DNA from: Candidatus Eiseniibacteriota bacterium
GTDB lineage: Bacteria; Eisenbacteria; RBG-16-71-46; CAIMUX01; VGJL01
NCBI GenBank assembly: GCA_041946735.1
Contig: JBHGAY010000042.1
Location: 1 to 30,931 of the forward strand
Direction: 5' to 3'
DNA length: 30,931 bases
Numbering within the stretch: position 1 is the stretch's first letter; each line of letters opens with the position of its first letter. Below are positions 7,884 to 16,141 of this stretch, one piece after another. The position numbers and the translations under genes are program-made. The notes beneath the pieces were generated by a model. It was not told the origin of the DNA and did no database searches. It saw nothing but the letters and a program-made list of their open reading frames with translations.

Positions 7884-9194
7884 ATGCGCTCTCTCCGGCT
7901 CGCCCTCGCGAAGGACCTCCGGCGCTGGATTCGCTCCCCGCTGCCGATCCTGGTCTTCCTGCTCTTCCCCGTCGTCTTCGCGCTCCTGATCGGCTTCACC
8001 TTTGGAGGCGGGGGCGGAGGTGGTGGCGGCGGAGGCGGAAGCGATGGCGACGGCGGCGGCTCGGGCGACAAGCTCGCCCCGATCCGGATCGCGATCGTCG
8101 ATCACGACGGCGGATTCCTCGCGCGCCTCTTCCGCGGCGCGTTCGAGCAGGGGCAGGGACCGATCCGCTTCGACTCGGCGATTCTCGAAGAGGACGAAGC
8201 GCGCGCTCGCATCGAGGACGGGAAGCTCTCCGCGGTGGTCACGATCCCGGCCGGCTTCGAGGACAGCCTGCTCGCCGGCCGCTCGACGCGCGTCGAGGTC
8301 GTCAAGAACCCGGCGGAGTCGATCTATCCCTCGATCGTCGAGGAGTACGTGAAGACGATGGCGCAGGTGCTCGGCTCCGCGACCCGGATCCTGAAGGAGC
8401 CGATCGGCGGCATCCGGCAGGCGACGCGCGAGAAGCGCGCGCCGAGCGAGCAGACGGTCGCGGAGTTGTCGATCCTGGCGAACCGGAAGATGCGCGGGGT
8501 GGGACGCTACGCGTTTCCGCCCGCGATCCGGATCGTGAAGCCGGCGGAGGCGGAGAAGACCGGCGAGGACTCCGCGTCCGCTTCCGCGCCGATGCGGATC
8601 GCCGCGTTCGTGCTTCCCGGCATGGCGAGCTTCTCGCTTCTCACCCTCGCGCTCGCGATGATGGCGGACCTGAAGCGCGAGGAGAGCAACCGCACGCTGG
8701 CTCGCCAGCTCACCGCTCCCGTCTCCGCCTGGGGGCCGGTCGGCGGGAAGGTGCTCGCGACCGCGCTCCTCGCGCTCGCCTGCATCGTCGTCCTGATCCT
8801 GGTCGCGTCGATCGGCGGCGGGATCCGTGTCGCGGTCGCGCCATTCCTCCTCCTCTCCTGCGCGTTGGCGCTCGCCGCGACCGGGTTCGCCACGCTCGCG
8901 CATTCGCTGTCGGGTGGAGAGAGGGCAGGAGCGGTGATCGGCGGCGTGGTCGTCATGGCGATGTCGATGGTCGGCGGGAGCTGGGTGCCTCTCGACTCGC
9001 TGCCCGCGTTCCTCCGCGGGATCTCTCCGTTCACGCTGAACTACTGGGCGAACGATGGGTATCGCAGGATCCTGTTCGACTCGTCGGGGATCGGCGCGGT
9101 CGCGCCGCACGTGGGGGTCCTGGCCGGCGCCGGCGTCGTCCTGCTGGCGGCCGCCGTGGTGCGGCTGCGCCAGCGCCTCGGGCAGGGCGCGTGA
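7884..9194 (+). CDS. ABC-2 type permease with large extracytoplasmic domain
   Basis: N-terminal TM, IAIVDHD, TIPAGF, five further TMs, SPFTLNYW; SD GGAGG; 12-Gly tract. Confidence 0.9.
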   Translation: MRSLRLALAKDLRRWIRSPLPILVFLLFPVVFALLIGFTFGGGGGGGGGGGGSDGDGGGSGDKLAPIRIAIVDHDGGFLARLFRGAFEQGQGPIRFDSAILEEDEARARIEDGKLSAVVTIPAGFEDSLLAGRSTRVEVVKNPAESIYPSIVEEYVKTMAQVLGSATRILKEPIGGIRQATREKRAPSEQTVAELSILANRKMRGVGRYAFPPAIRIVKPAEAEKTGEDSASASAPMRIAAFVLPGMASFSLLTLALAMMADLKREESNRTLARQLTAPVSAWGPVGGKVLATALLALACIVVLILVASIGGGIRVAVAPFLLLSCALALAATGFATLAHSLSGGERAGAVIGGVVVMAMSMVGGSWVPLDSLPAFLRGISPFTLNYWANDGYRRILFDSSGIGAVAPHVGVLAGAGVVLLAAAVVRLRQRLGQGA

Positions 9195-10414
9195 CGATGG
9201 GCCCGCTGCTCTCGATCGCGCGCACCGACCTCCGGCTCACGCTGAAGGAGCGCTCCACGCTCGTCTGGATGTTCGGGATGCCGATCCTCTTCGTCTTCTT
9301 CTTCGGGACGGTCTTCGGCGGCAGCTCCGGTCCGCCTCCCGCCACACGCCTCGGCATCTCCGATCGCGATGGCTCGTTCCTCTCGGGAATGTTCGTGGAG
9401 CACCTCCGCTCGGAGGGACTCGATCTGGACCTGCTGCCGGCGGGGCGCGCCGACAGCGTGGCGGCCCGTCGCGCGGCGCAGAAGCCGGCGGAGGGCGACC
9501 CGGCGCGGGTGCTCACGATCCCGGCCGGCTTCGCGGACAGCCTTTCCTCGGGACGCCGGGCGCCGGTCGAGATGGCGAGCGCGAGCGGCGCGGGCGGCGC
9601 GAGCGACGAGCGGGACATGATGGCCCAGGTGCATCTCTATCGTGCGATCGCACGGACGCTCGCGATCCTCGCCGAGATCGACACCGCCGCGGCGCCAGGG
9701 ATGGTTCGGCCGGAGGATCCCGCGTTCCAGACGCGCTATCGCGAGCTTGCCGCGCTGCCCGATCCGATCGCGACCGTCGTGACGACGGCGGGAAAGGGAC
9801 GGGCGGTGCCGAGCGGCTTCGCGCAAAGCGCGCCGGCGATGCTGGTCCTCTTCATGCTGATGAACACGGTCATCTATGGCGCGGCCTTCCTCACGCAGGA
9901 GAAGCAGAACCGATGCCTGCGCCGCGTCGAGTCGGCGCCGGTCACGCGCGGGCAGCTCCTGGGCGGAAAGCTCCTCGGCCGGCTCGGGATCGCGATGCTC
10001 CAGGCGGTCGTGCTGCTCGCCGCCGGGCGGCTGCTCTTCGGCGTCTACTGGGGGAACAGCGCCCTCGGCTTGGCCGTCCTGCTCGTCTGTCTCGGTCTCG
10101 CGTGCGCCTCGCTCGGGCTCCTGCTTGGATCGATCCTGCGGAGCGAGGAGCAAGCTTCGGCGCTCGGCTGGATCGTCCCGCTCTTCCTCGGCGCGATCGG
10201 CGGGACCTGGTGGCCGCTCGAGATCGTCCCGTCCTGGATGCGCGCCGCGGGACACGTCTCGCCGGCCGCCTGGGCGATGGACGGACTGCACGGCCTGATC
10301 TCCTTCGGCCGCGGCGCGGCCGCCGTCACCGTTCCCGCGCTCGTGCTGCTGGGCTTCGCCGCCGCGTTCTTCGCGGCGGGGGCGCGGTTGCTGAGGACGG
10401 AAGCGGAGGGCTGA
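9191..10414 (+). CDS. ABC-2 type permease (second subunit)
   Basis: GTGA overlap with the upstream stop (alternative ATG at 9197); LGISDRD, TIPAGF, EK...LRR...P, GGTWWPLE...SP..WA motifs. Confidence 0.9.
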   Translation: MTMGPLLSIARTDLRLTLKERSTLVWMFGMPILFVFFFGTVFGGSSGPPPATRLGISDRDGSFLSGMFVEHLRSEGLDLDLLPAGRADSVAARRAAQKPAEGDPARVLTIPAGFADSLSSGRRAPVEMASASGAGGASDERDMMAQVHLYRAIARTLAILAEIDTAAAPGMVRPEDPAFQTRYRELAALPDPIATVVTTAGKGRAVPSGFAQSAPAMLVLFMLMNTVIYGAAFLTQEKQNRCLRRVESAPVTRGQLLGGKLLGRLGIAMLQAVVLLAAGRLLFGVYWGNSALGLAVLLVCLGLACASLGLLLGSILRSEEQASALGWIVPLFLGAIGGTWWPLEIVPSWMRAAGHVSPAAWAMDGLHGLISFGRGAAAVTVPALVLLGFAAAFFAAGARLLRTEAEG

Positions 10415-10485
10415 TCCGGTATCGCGGCCGCGGAAGACCGAAGCGGGGAGCTGGCGGCACATCGCGGCCGGTAGGCTGGCAAGCA

Positions 10486-10528
10486 GAAGCGTGCGAGGAG
10501 AGGGACGCTGCCTCTTCCCGCACGCTTC
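10486..10528. terminator. Long stem-loop between convergent operons
   Basis: GAAGCGTGCG (10486-10495) / CGCACGCTTC (10519-10528) perfect 10 bp, extended inward by GGAGAGG/CCTCTTCC. Confidence 0.55.
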
Positions 10529-10573
10529 GTGGTTCGGGCCGCGCGGAACGCGCGCGACAGAGAACCGCGGCCG

Positions 10574-12418
10574 CTACTTCGCGAGCACCGCCGCCCGCCG
10601 GTAGACCACGTCCCCCGCCTGCAGCGAGTAGAAGTAGGTCCCCGCCGGGACGTTGCGTCCCGCCTCGCTCGTTCCGTCCCAGACGATCTCGTGGTGGCCG
10701 GCTCCGACGCGGCCGTCGATCAGCCGCCGCACGAGCCGTCCCTGCGCGTCGTAGACGGAGAGCTGCACGTCATCCTCGTACTTCAGCTCGAAGGAGAAGG
10801 TCGTCGCGGAGCGGAACGGGTTCGGCCGGTTCTGCTGCAGGCGCGTCCCCAGTCCCTGGCCGGACTCGGCGACGTCGCTCGAAGGCGTCGTCACGAGGAA
10901 CGAGTAGGAGGCGGCCGGCTCGGTGCGCGGCATCCCCTCGCGGCGCCCGGTCAGATCGACCGCGTGGATGTAGTAGTCGACCCTCGTCCCGTTCGGCTGC
11001 GGCGGGATCTCGTAGCGGTACCAGTCGGCCGGCTGATCGGGGCTCAGCGCCGAGGCGGTGAACGCCGGCGGCGGCGTCCCGTCCGGATAGGCGCGCCAGT
11101 AGACGAGCAGCGAGTCGGAGAGGAGCCCCGCCTCGCTCCGGTCGTCGATGAACGCGCGCACCGGGATCGCGGCATAGCGATCCCAGGAGACGATCGGGGT
11201 GTGGCCGACGCGTAGCATCTGGAAGTCCGGGATCCCCATCACGCGGCAGTGGATCGCGTCGTCGGAGAGCCAGCTTCCGGTGAAGCCGATCACCTCGTAG
11301 CCCGGCATCGCGTCGCGATAGACCTGCAGGGCGTTCGCGTCGTGCGGGTTCAGGTTGAAGGTCGGCACGAGCACCTTGTCGTTCAGGATGAGCGAGTTCG
11401 TGTAGGAGGCGACGTCCGAACCGCCGATGCTCGCGCAGTAGACGCGCACGACGCGATAGTTCCGGCCGGTCGAGCTTTGCAGCGAGGCGAGGAGCGTGGC
11501 GTCCTGCTCGCACCGCTGATAGTCCGCGTGGCTTTGCGCGACCTGCTTCACCACGATCGTCTCCTCGTCGAGCATTTTCGCCCAGCAGTCGATGTGGTGG
11601 ATCCCGCCGGCGGAGACGTCGGGGACGACGTTGTAGCTGACGAGGCCGTAGTAGTCGTGCATCAGGTCGAAGATCTGCTGGTGGGTCATCCCGCCGTTCT
11701 CGTCCCACACCAGAGTCGTCTGGAACGAGAAGCCATAGCCGTCCGTCATGTAGTTGCCGCCGGTGTTCCAGAGGCTGTGCGTGTGGACCGGCAGGCCCCA
11801 GTGATCGCCGCAGACGATCGGGATCAGGTTGTCGTTCGGACGGTACGGGCGATTGTAGTAGTGGTCGATGATCGCGATCTCCCCGTTGCCGTCGTAGACG
11901 AACCAGGGGCCGTAATCGCGCGTCCAGTAGCTGTCGGAGTTCGCGAGGATCCAGTCGACTGCGTCCGGATCGACTCCGTTGGACTGGAAGGCGTTCCGGG
12001 CCGTGTTGTAGGAGGACTGCGAGACGACGCAGGAGATCTGCACGTGCTCCGCCATTTCCCGGATCAGCGAGTACGGGATCCCGAGCGGATAGCGGATCAG
12101 CGCCTTGATCATCGGCTCGTACTCGGCGCAGTTGCGGACGGGGGCGAGGGGCGGCGGATCGTCCCGGAGATTCTGCTGGGGCGGCACGCCGCCGTAGGCG
12201 TCCCGCTCTTCCGGCGTCTCCCATTGCGGCAGCTGAGGCGCGAGGTGGTCGGTGTCCCACTGCCATCCCGGGCCGGGGACGATGACCGGGGTCTCGGCCG
12301 GAGGGCTGCCGGAGGCGAGGACGAAAGCCGGAGCAAGGAGCGAGGCGAAGATCGGAGCGGCGAGAAGCGAGAGGCCGAGCGAAAGGATCCGGAGACGCCG
12401 GAGGACGTTGCGAAGCAT
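10574..12418 (-). CDS. Secreted agmatine/peptidylarginine deiminase family protein with C-terminal FlgD-Ig/T9SS-like domain
   Basis: Signal peptide; AEYEP, WTRDYGPW, GGN, HIDCW, SYTNSLILN..VLVP and AIHC (catalytic Cys) motifs; tail LQQNRPNPF...VYD.QGRLVR.L...WDG....G..VPAGTYFY.L. Start ATG 12418 with GGAGG. Confidence 0.9.
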   Translation of the reverse strand: MLRNVLRRLRILSLGLSLLAAPIFASLLAPAFVLASGSPPAETPVIVPGPGWQWDTDHLAPQLPQWETPEERDAYGGVPPQQNLRDDPPPLAPVRNCAEYEPMIKALIRYPLGIPYSLIREMAEHVQISCVVSQSSYNTARNAFQSNGVDPDAVDWILANSDSYWTRDYGPWFVYDGNGEIAIIDHYYNRPYRPNDNLIPIVCGDHWGLPVHTHSLWNTGGNYMTDGYGFSFQTTLVWDENGGMTHQQIFDLMHDYYGLVSYNVVPDVSAGGIHHIDCWAKMLDEETIVVKQVAQSHADYQRCEQDATLLASLQSSTGRNYRVVRVYCASIGGSDVASYTNSLILNDKVLVPTFNLNPHDANALQVYRDAMPGYEVIGFTGSWLSDDAIHCRVMGIPDFQMLRVGHTPIVSWDRYAAIPVRAFIDDRSEAGLLSDSLLVYWRAYPDGTPPPAFTASALSPDQPADWYRYEIPPQPNGTRVDYYIHAVDLTGRREGMPRTEPAASYSFLVTTPSSDVAESGQGLGTRLQQNRPNPFRSATTFSFELKYEDDVQLSVYDAQGRLVRRLIDGRVGAGHHEIVWDGTSEAGRNVPAGTYFYSLQAGDVVYRRAAVLAK

Positions 12419-12561
12419 GAGCTTTCCTCCACGGATGTTGTCGGGCTCGCCCCCTGCGTTCGGGGCGAGCCGCTTCAGGCGATGCTCTCTCTCCGGCGAT
12501 CGCGAGCGACGCGCGGACGACGCGCGGACGACGCGCCCGCCGATCGCACGGAAGCGTTTCA

Positions 12562-12570
12562 ATTCTAGCA
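12562..12570 (-). promoter_or_regulatory. Extended -10 promoter (TGC-TAGAAT) for the deiminase gene
   Basis: TGnTAGAAT on the minus strand about 145 nt upstream of ATG 12418. Confidence 0.6.
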
Positions 12571-12588
12571 GATTCCGGGCTCGGGGGA

Positions 12589-12638
12589 TCAGGGAGACAG
12601 GGAGTCAGGGAGTCAGGGGGGCCCAGGAGATCAGGGAG
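12589..12638. repeat. 8-bp tandem repeat (TCAGGGAG) x4 plus one copy at the kinase stop codon
   Basis: Units at 12589, 12597 (ACAGGGAG), 12605, 12613 (TCAGGGGG) and 12631. Confidence 0.75.
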
Positions 12639-14967
12639 CCAACGCGCGCCCCCCCGGCCGGGAGCCGGCGCGATGGGCCTTCTCGAGGAGGGAGTGGATC
12701 TTCCCGACGAGCGACCGGACGTCGATCGGCTTGTGCACGAGGCCGTCCGCGCCCAGGGCGTGGACCTCCGCCTCGCGCTCCGGCCGCGCGTCTCCGGTGA
12801 CGACGAGGACGCAGGCGAGCCGCAGGGCCCGGATCGCAGGCAGGCGGCGGAGAACCTCGGCGCCGTCCATGTCAGGGAGCATCAGATCGAGGAGAAGCAC
12901 GTCGGGGTCCCGGTGCATCAGCGCCTGGATCGCCTCGTTGCCGCCGGCCGCGGCGAGGACCTTTGCTCCGTACTGCTCGAGGAGGAGAGCGGTCGAGCGG
13001 CGCGTCGTATCGTGATCCTCGACGAGCAGGATGCGAGCCCCGGCGAGGCAGCGGTCGTCCGAGGACGATGCGGTGCCGAGCGAGTCCGTTTCCGCGTCTT
13101 GCTCCTGCTCCGGCAGACGCTCCTGCGACCCGGCCACCGTCGCCTCGGGAAGATGCAACCGGAAGCAGCTTCCCTTCCCAGGCTCGCTCTCGACGGACAT
13201 CCGCGCGCCGATCGCCTCGACCAGCCGCTTGCAGATCGCGAGCCCGAGGCCGGTCCCCTTGCTTCGGTCCCGTTCCGGATTCCGGAGCTGCAGGAACTCG
13301 TCGAAGATCGCGTCGATCTCGCGTGCCGGGATCCCGATCCCGGTGTCGGCGACGTCGATGCGGACTCCCCCGTCCCCGTCCCGGTCCCGTGCCACCGTCA
13401 CCTGCACCGACCCCGCATCGGTGAACTTCAACGCATTGCCGATCAAGTTGGTGACCACGCGGGCGAGCTTCAACCTGTCGGTGCGCAGGCGCAGGCCTTC
13501 CGTCTCTGCCTCGAACGCCAGCGAGAGCGCCAGGCCCTTCTGCCTGGCGGTAGGGAGGAACTGCCGGATCTCGGCATCGAGGACCGCTCGCAACGAGAAG
13601 TCGCTCACGTTCAGCTCCTGGCTGCCGGAGTCGAACCGCGTGAGGTCGAGGACGTCGGAGACGAGCTCGACCATCGATCGCGAAGCGTTCTGGAGGTCAG
13701 CCGCGAGCTGCTGGATCTCGGGCGATGCGGGATTGCTCTCCGAGAGCCGGCGGATCAGCTCGGAGATCAACGTGATCGCGTTCGCCGGGGTGCGGATGTC
13801 GTGGGAGACGGCGGCAAGGAAGTGCGTCTTTCGCCGCGATCCTTCCTCGGCGGCCTTGCGGCGCTCCGCGATTTCCTCGTGGAGCTGGAGCATCTCGAGG
13901 ATCAGGGCACATTGCGCCGACAGCCACTCGATCGCCCGGAAGTCCTCCTCGGTGAATTGGTGGGGCGTCCTGCGATAGACCTCGAACACGCCCGCCGCGC
14001 GCCCCTGGATGCGATACGGCGTTGCCAGGATCGCCCGGATCGGAGCCGCTCCGTCGGGAGTCGGAAGCTCAATGTCGGGACGCAGCGCGAGATCGAACAA
14101 CGCGGCGGTCCGCCCGCGCTCGAGGACGATCGAGGCGAAGGAGCGATCGTAGTCCCAAGACCGCTGCGCGATGGGATGGGAGCCGCTCCATGTATGCACG
14201 AAGATCTTGTCGCCGGAACGCATCGTGACGCCCGCGGCGCCGTCCGGCCCTCCGAGCATCTTGCCCGCGACCCGGCAGATCTCCTCGATCGCCTGCTGCG
14301 GCGACGGCAGGGTCCGGGCACAGCGCAGGAGGACCTGCAGGATCTCCTCGCGCCGGGCGAGATCGGCGTTCGCCGCCACCATCTGCTCGGATCGGATGCG
14401 CAGCTGCTCCGCCTGGGACTCCATCTCCTCGGCCTGCGCCTGCAGCTCGGTATTCTGGCGCGTGATCTCCTCGGTCTGCGCCTGCAGCTCCTCGTTTTGC
14501 CGCCGGATCTCCTCCTCCCGCGCCGAGAGCTCTTCGTTCGCTTCGGCCAGCTCCGCGTTGGATCGCGCGAGCGAGGCGTTCGACGATGCGAGTCGCTCGC
14601 CCCTCGCCGCGGACCGGTCACGGTAGAGGTTGACCATCTCGATGATCACCGCCATCAGGACCAGGTTGGCGATTTGTAGAGCGGCAAAGGAGACCGCCTC
14701 GGAGCCGCGCTCGCCGCCGCGGGTGTACATCTGAATCCCCTTCGCCACGATCATCCCGAGGAACACGACCGCCGTCGATCGATGGAGGACCCGGTGGCGG
14801 TGCCAGAGTCCGAGCGTCAGCAGAAGCCCGTAGCCGATCGGCACGTACTGGTGCCCGTAGAGGACGAAGCGAAGGACGGCCATGAGAATGGCGCCGATCG
14901 CCGTCACGACGATGGCGAGCTCGAGCGACGGGCGCGCCCGGACGCGGACCGCCTCTACTGCCGTCAT
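12631..14967 (-). CDS. Membrane hybrid histidine kinase (TM - coiled coil - GAF - HisKA - HATPase - REC)
   Basis: H-box SHDIRTP, N-box NLIGNALKFT, G1 DTGIGI, G2 GTGLGL, REC ILLVED...LLDLMLP...KP; ATG 14967 overlaps the cheR stop (ATGA) and has GGAGG upstream. Confidence 0.92.
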   Translation of the reverse strand: MTAVEAVRVRARPSLELAIVVTAIGAILMAVLRFVLYGHQYVPIGYGLLLTLGLWHRHRVLHRSTAVVFLGMIVAKGIQMYTRGGERGSEAVSFAALQIANLVLMAVIIEMVNLYRDRSAARGERLASSNASLARSNAELAEANEELSAREEEIRRQNEELQAQTEEITRQNTELQAQAEEMESQAEQLRIRSEQMVAANADLARREEILQVLLRCARTLPSPQQAIEEICRVAGKMLGGPDGAAGVTMRSGDKIFVHTWSGSHPIAQRSWDYDRSFASIVLERGRTAALFDLALRPDIELPTPDGAAPIRAILATPYRIQGRAAGVFEVYRRTPHQFTEEDFRAIEWLSAQCALILEMLQLHEEIAERRKAAEEGSRRKTHFLAAVSHDIRTPANAITLISELIRRLSESNPASPEIQQLAADLQNASRSMVELVSDVLDLTRFDSGSQELNVSDFSLRAVLDAEIRQFLPTARQKGLALSLAFEAETEGLRLRTDRLKLARVVTNLIGNALKFTDAGSVQVTVARDRDGDGGVRIDVADTGIGIPAREIDAIFDEFLQLRNPERDRSKGTGLGLAICKRLVEAIGARMSVESEPGKGSCFRLHLPEATVAGSQERLPEQEQDAETDSLGTASSSDDRCLAGARILLVEDHDTTRRSTALLLEQYGAKVLAAAGGNEAIQALMHRDPDVLLLDLMLPDMDGAEVLRRLPAIRALRLACVLVVTGDARPEREAEVHALGADGLVHKPIDVRSLVGKIHSLLEKAHRAGSRPGGRALAP

Positions 14968-15932
14968 GCGTCGCCTCCCGCTTCGAGCTGGAAGATCGAG
15001 GGAGACAGCGGCCGCAGCCGGCATCCTCCCGGCCTCTCGGCGCTCCCGGTCACCAGGAGCCCGCCTGGGCGCAGAGCCGACACGAGGCGCGTCCAGAGCG
15101 ACTGCGCGGCGTCGACTTCGAGATACATCGCCAGGTTGCGGCAGAGGATGATGTCCCACGGACCCGCCGGAGCGGCCCGCAGGACGTCGGAAACCTTCCA
15201 TCGGATCGATGAAGCGATCGGCGCGGCGATCCGGAAGCCATCGCGCTCGGGGAGTAGATGCCGCCGGATCCGCTCGGTGTCGTGCGGGCGGAACGACGAG
15301 GCGAGGTAGCGCGCCGCTCGCGCCCGCTCGATCGCCTCCGGCCTGCAGTCGGTGCCGAGCAGGAAGGAGCCGGGCAGCCGGCCGGCCTCGTAGAGGAGCA
15401 TCGCGGTCGAGTAGAGCTCCGAGCCATCGGAGCAGCCAGCGCTCCAGACGCGCAGAGGGCCACGAGGCAGCCGCTCCGCGACTGCGCGCTCGAGATTCTC
15501 GAACAGTGGCGGATCGCGGAAGAAGCCGGTGACTCCGAGCAGCAGCGTCTGGATCGCGGGGTCCAGCCGCGATGGTTCCCTGTTCAGCTTCTCGGACGCC
15601 TCCTCGATCGTCGTCGCGCCGATCTGACGGAGGCAGGCGCGGGCGCGCCGCAGGAGGGGCTCCGCACGATAGGCAGTCCCATCGAGCCCCGCCCGGTCGA
15701 GGAGGCCGCGCAAGAAGGAGAGAGCCGCGGGATCCGCAGGAGGGCCCGAGTCACGCCGATCCGAGGCAACCGGGGAAGAGAAACTGGCGCGAGGCGGGGC
15801 CGGGCGCATGGTCGGAGCGGTTGCGGTGCGGGCCGCAGGCCGCCGCGCGCCGGAAAACATGACGTGGCGATACCGGTCGGACTCCGGCGGAACCGGAGTG
15901 GGATCCTGGAGATCGCGGTCCTGATTCTCCAT
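14964..15932 (-). CDS. cheR: CheR-family protein-glutamate O-methyltransferase
   Basis: GVTGFFRD, RVWSAGCSDGSELYS, LGTD, DIILCRNLAMY and L.PGGLL..G.AE motifs; exact start uncertain. Confidence 0.88.
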   Translation of the reverse strand: MENQDRDLQDPTPVPPESDRYRHVMFSGARRPAARTATAPTMRPAPPRASFSSPVASDRRDSGPPADPAALSFLRGLLDRAGLDGTAYRAEPLLRRARACLRQIGATTIEEASEKLNREPSRLDPAIQTLLLGVTGFFRDPPLFENLERAVAERLPRGPLRVWSAGCSDGSELYSTAMLLYEAGRLPGSFLLGTDCRPEAIERARAARYLASSFRPHDTERIRRHLLPERDGFRIAAPIASSIRWKVSDVLRAAPAGPWDIILCRNLAMYLEVDAAQSLWTRLVSALRPGGLLVTGSAERPGGCRLRPLSPSIFQLEAGGDA

Positions 15933-16141
15933 GGCGCGGCACGGCCTCCGAGTACCAGCAACGATGTCGGATCGGAATCAAGTACAGGATAGGGAAAACC
16001 ACGTCGTCGGGGGGACGTTGCTGCATGTCTCGTTCGTCATGTTGATGCGCGGGCAGGGAGACGGGCGCCGCGCGCGCCGCTACCTCCTCGGCGTCCCACA
16101 GGAGTCGCCGCCGCCCCGCCGCGCGGGCCCCGACCATTCGC

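Noticed and set aside
12507..12536. Guanidine-II (mini-ykkC) riboswitch suggested by tandem ACGA-loop hairpins upstream of a deiminase
   Set aside because: The ACGA loops are on the + strand while the gene is on the minus strand, and the two stems overlap; better explained as an 11-bp tandem repeat.
14968..15201. N-terminal extension of the hybrid kinase ORF
   Set aside because: It overlaps cheR in another frame; ATG 14967 has an SD and an ATGA coupling.
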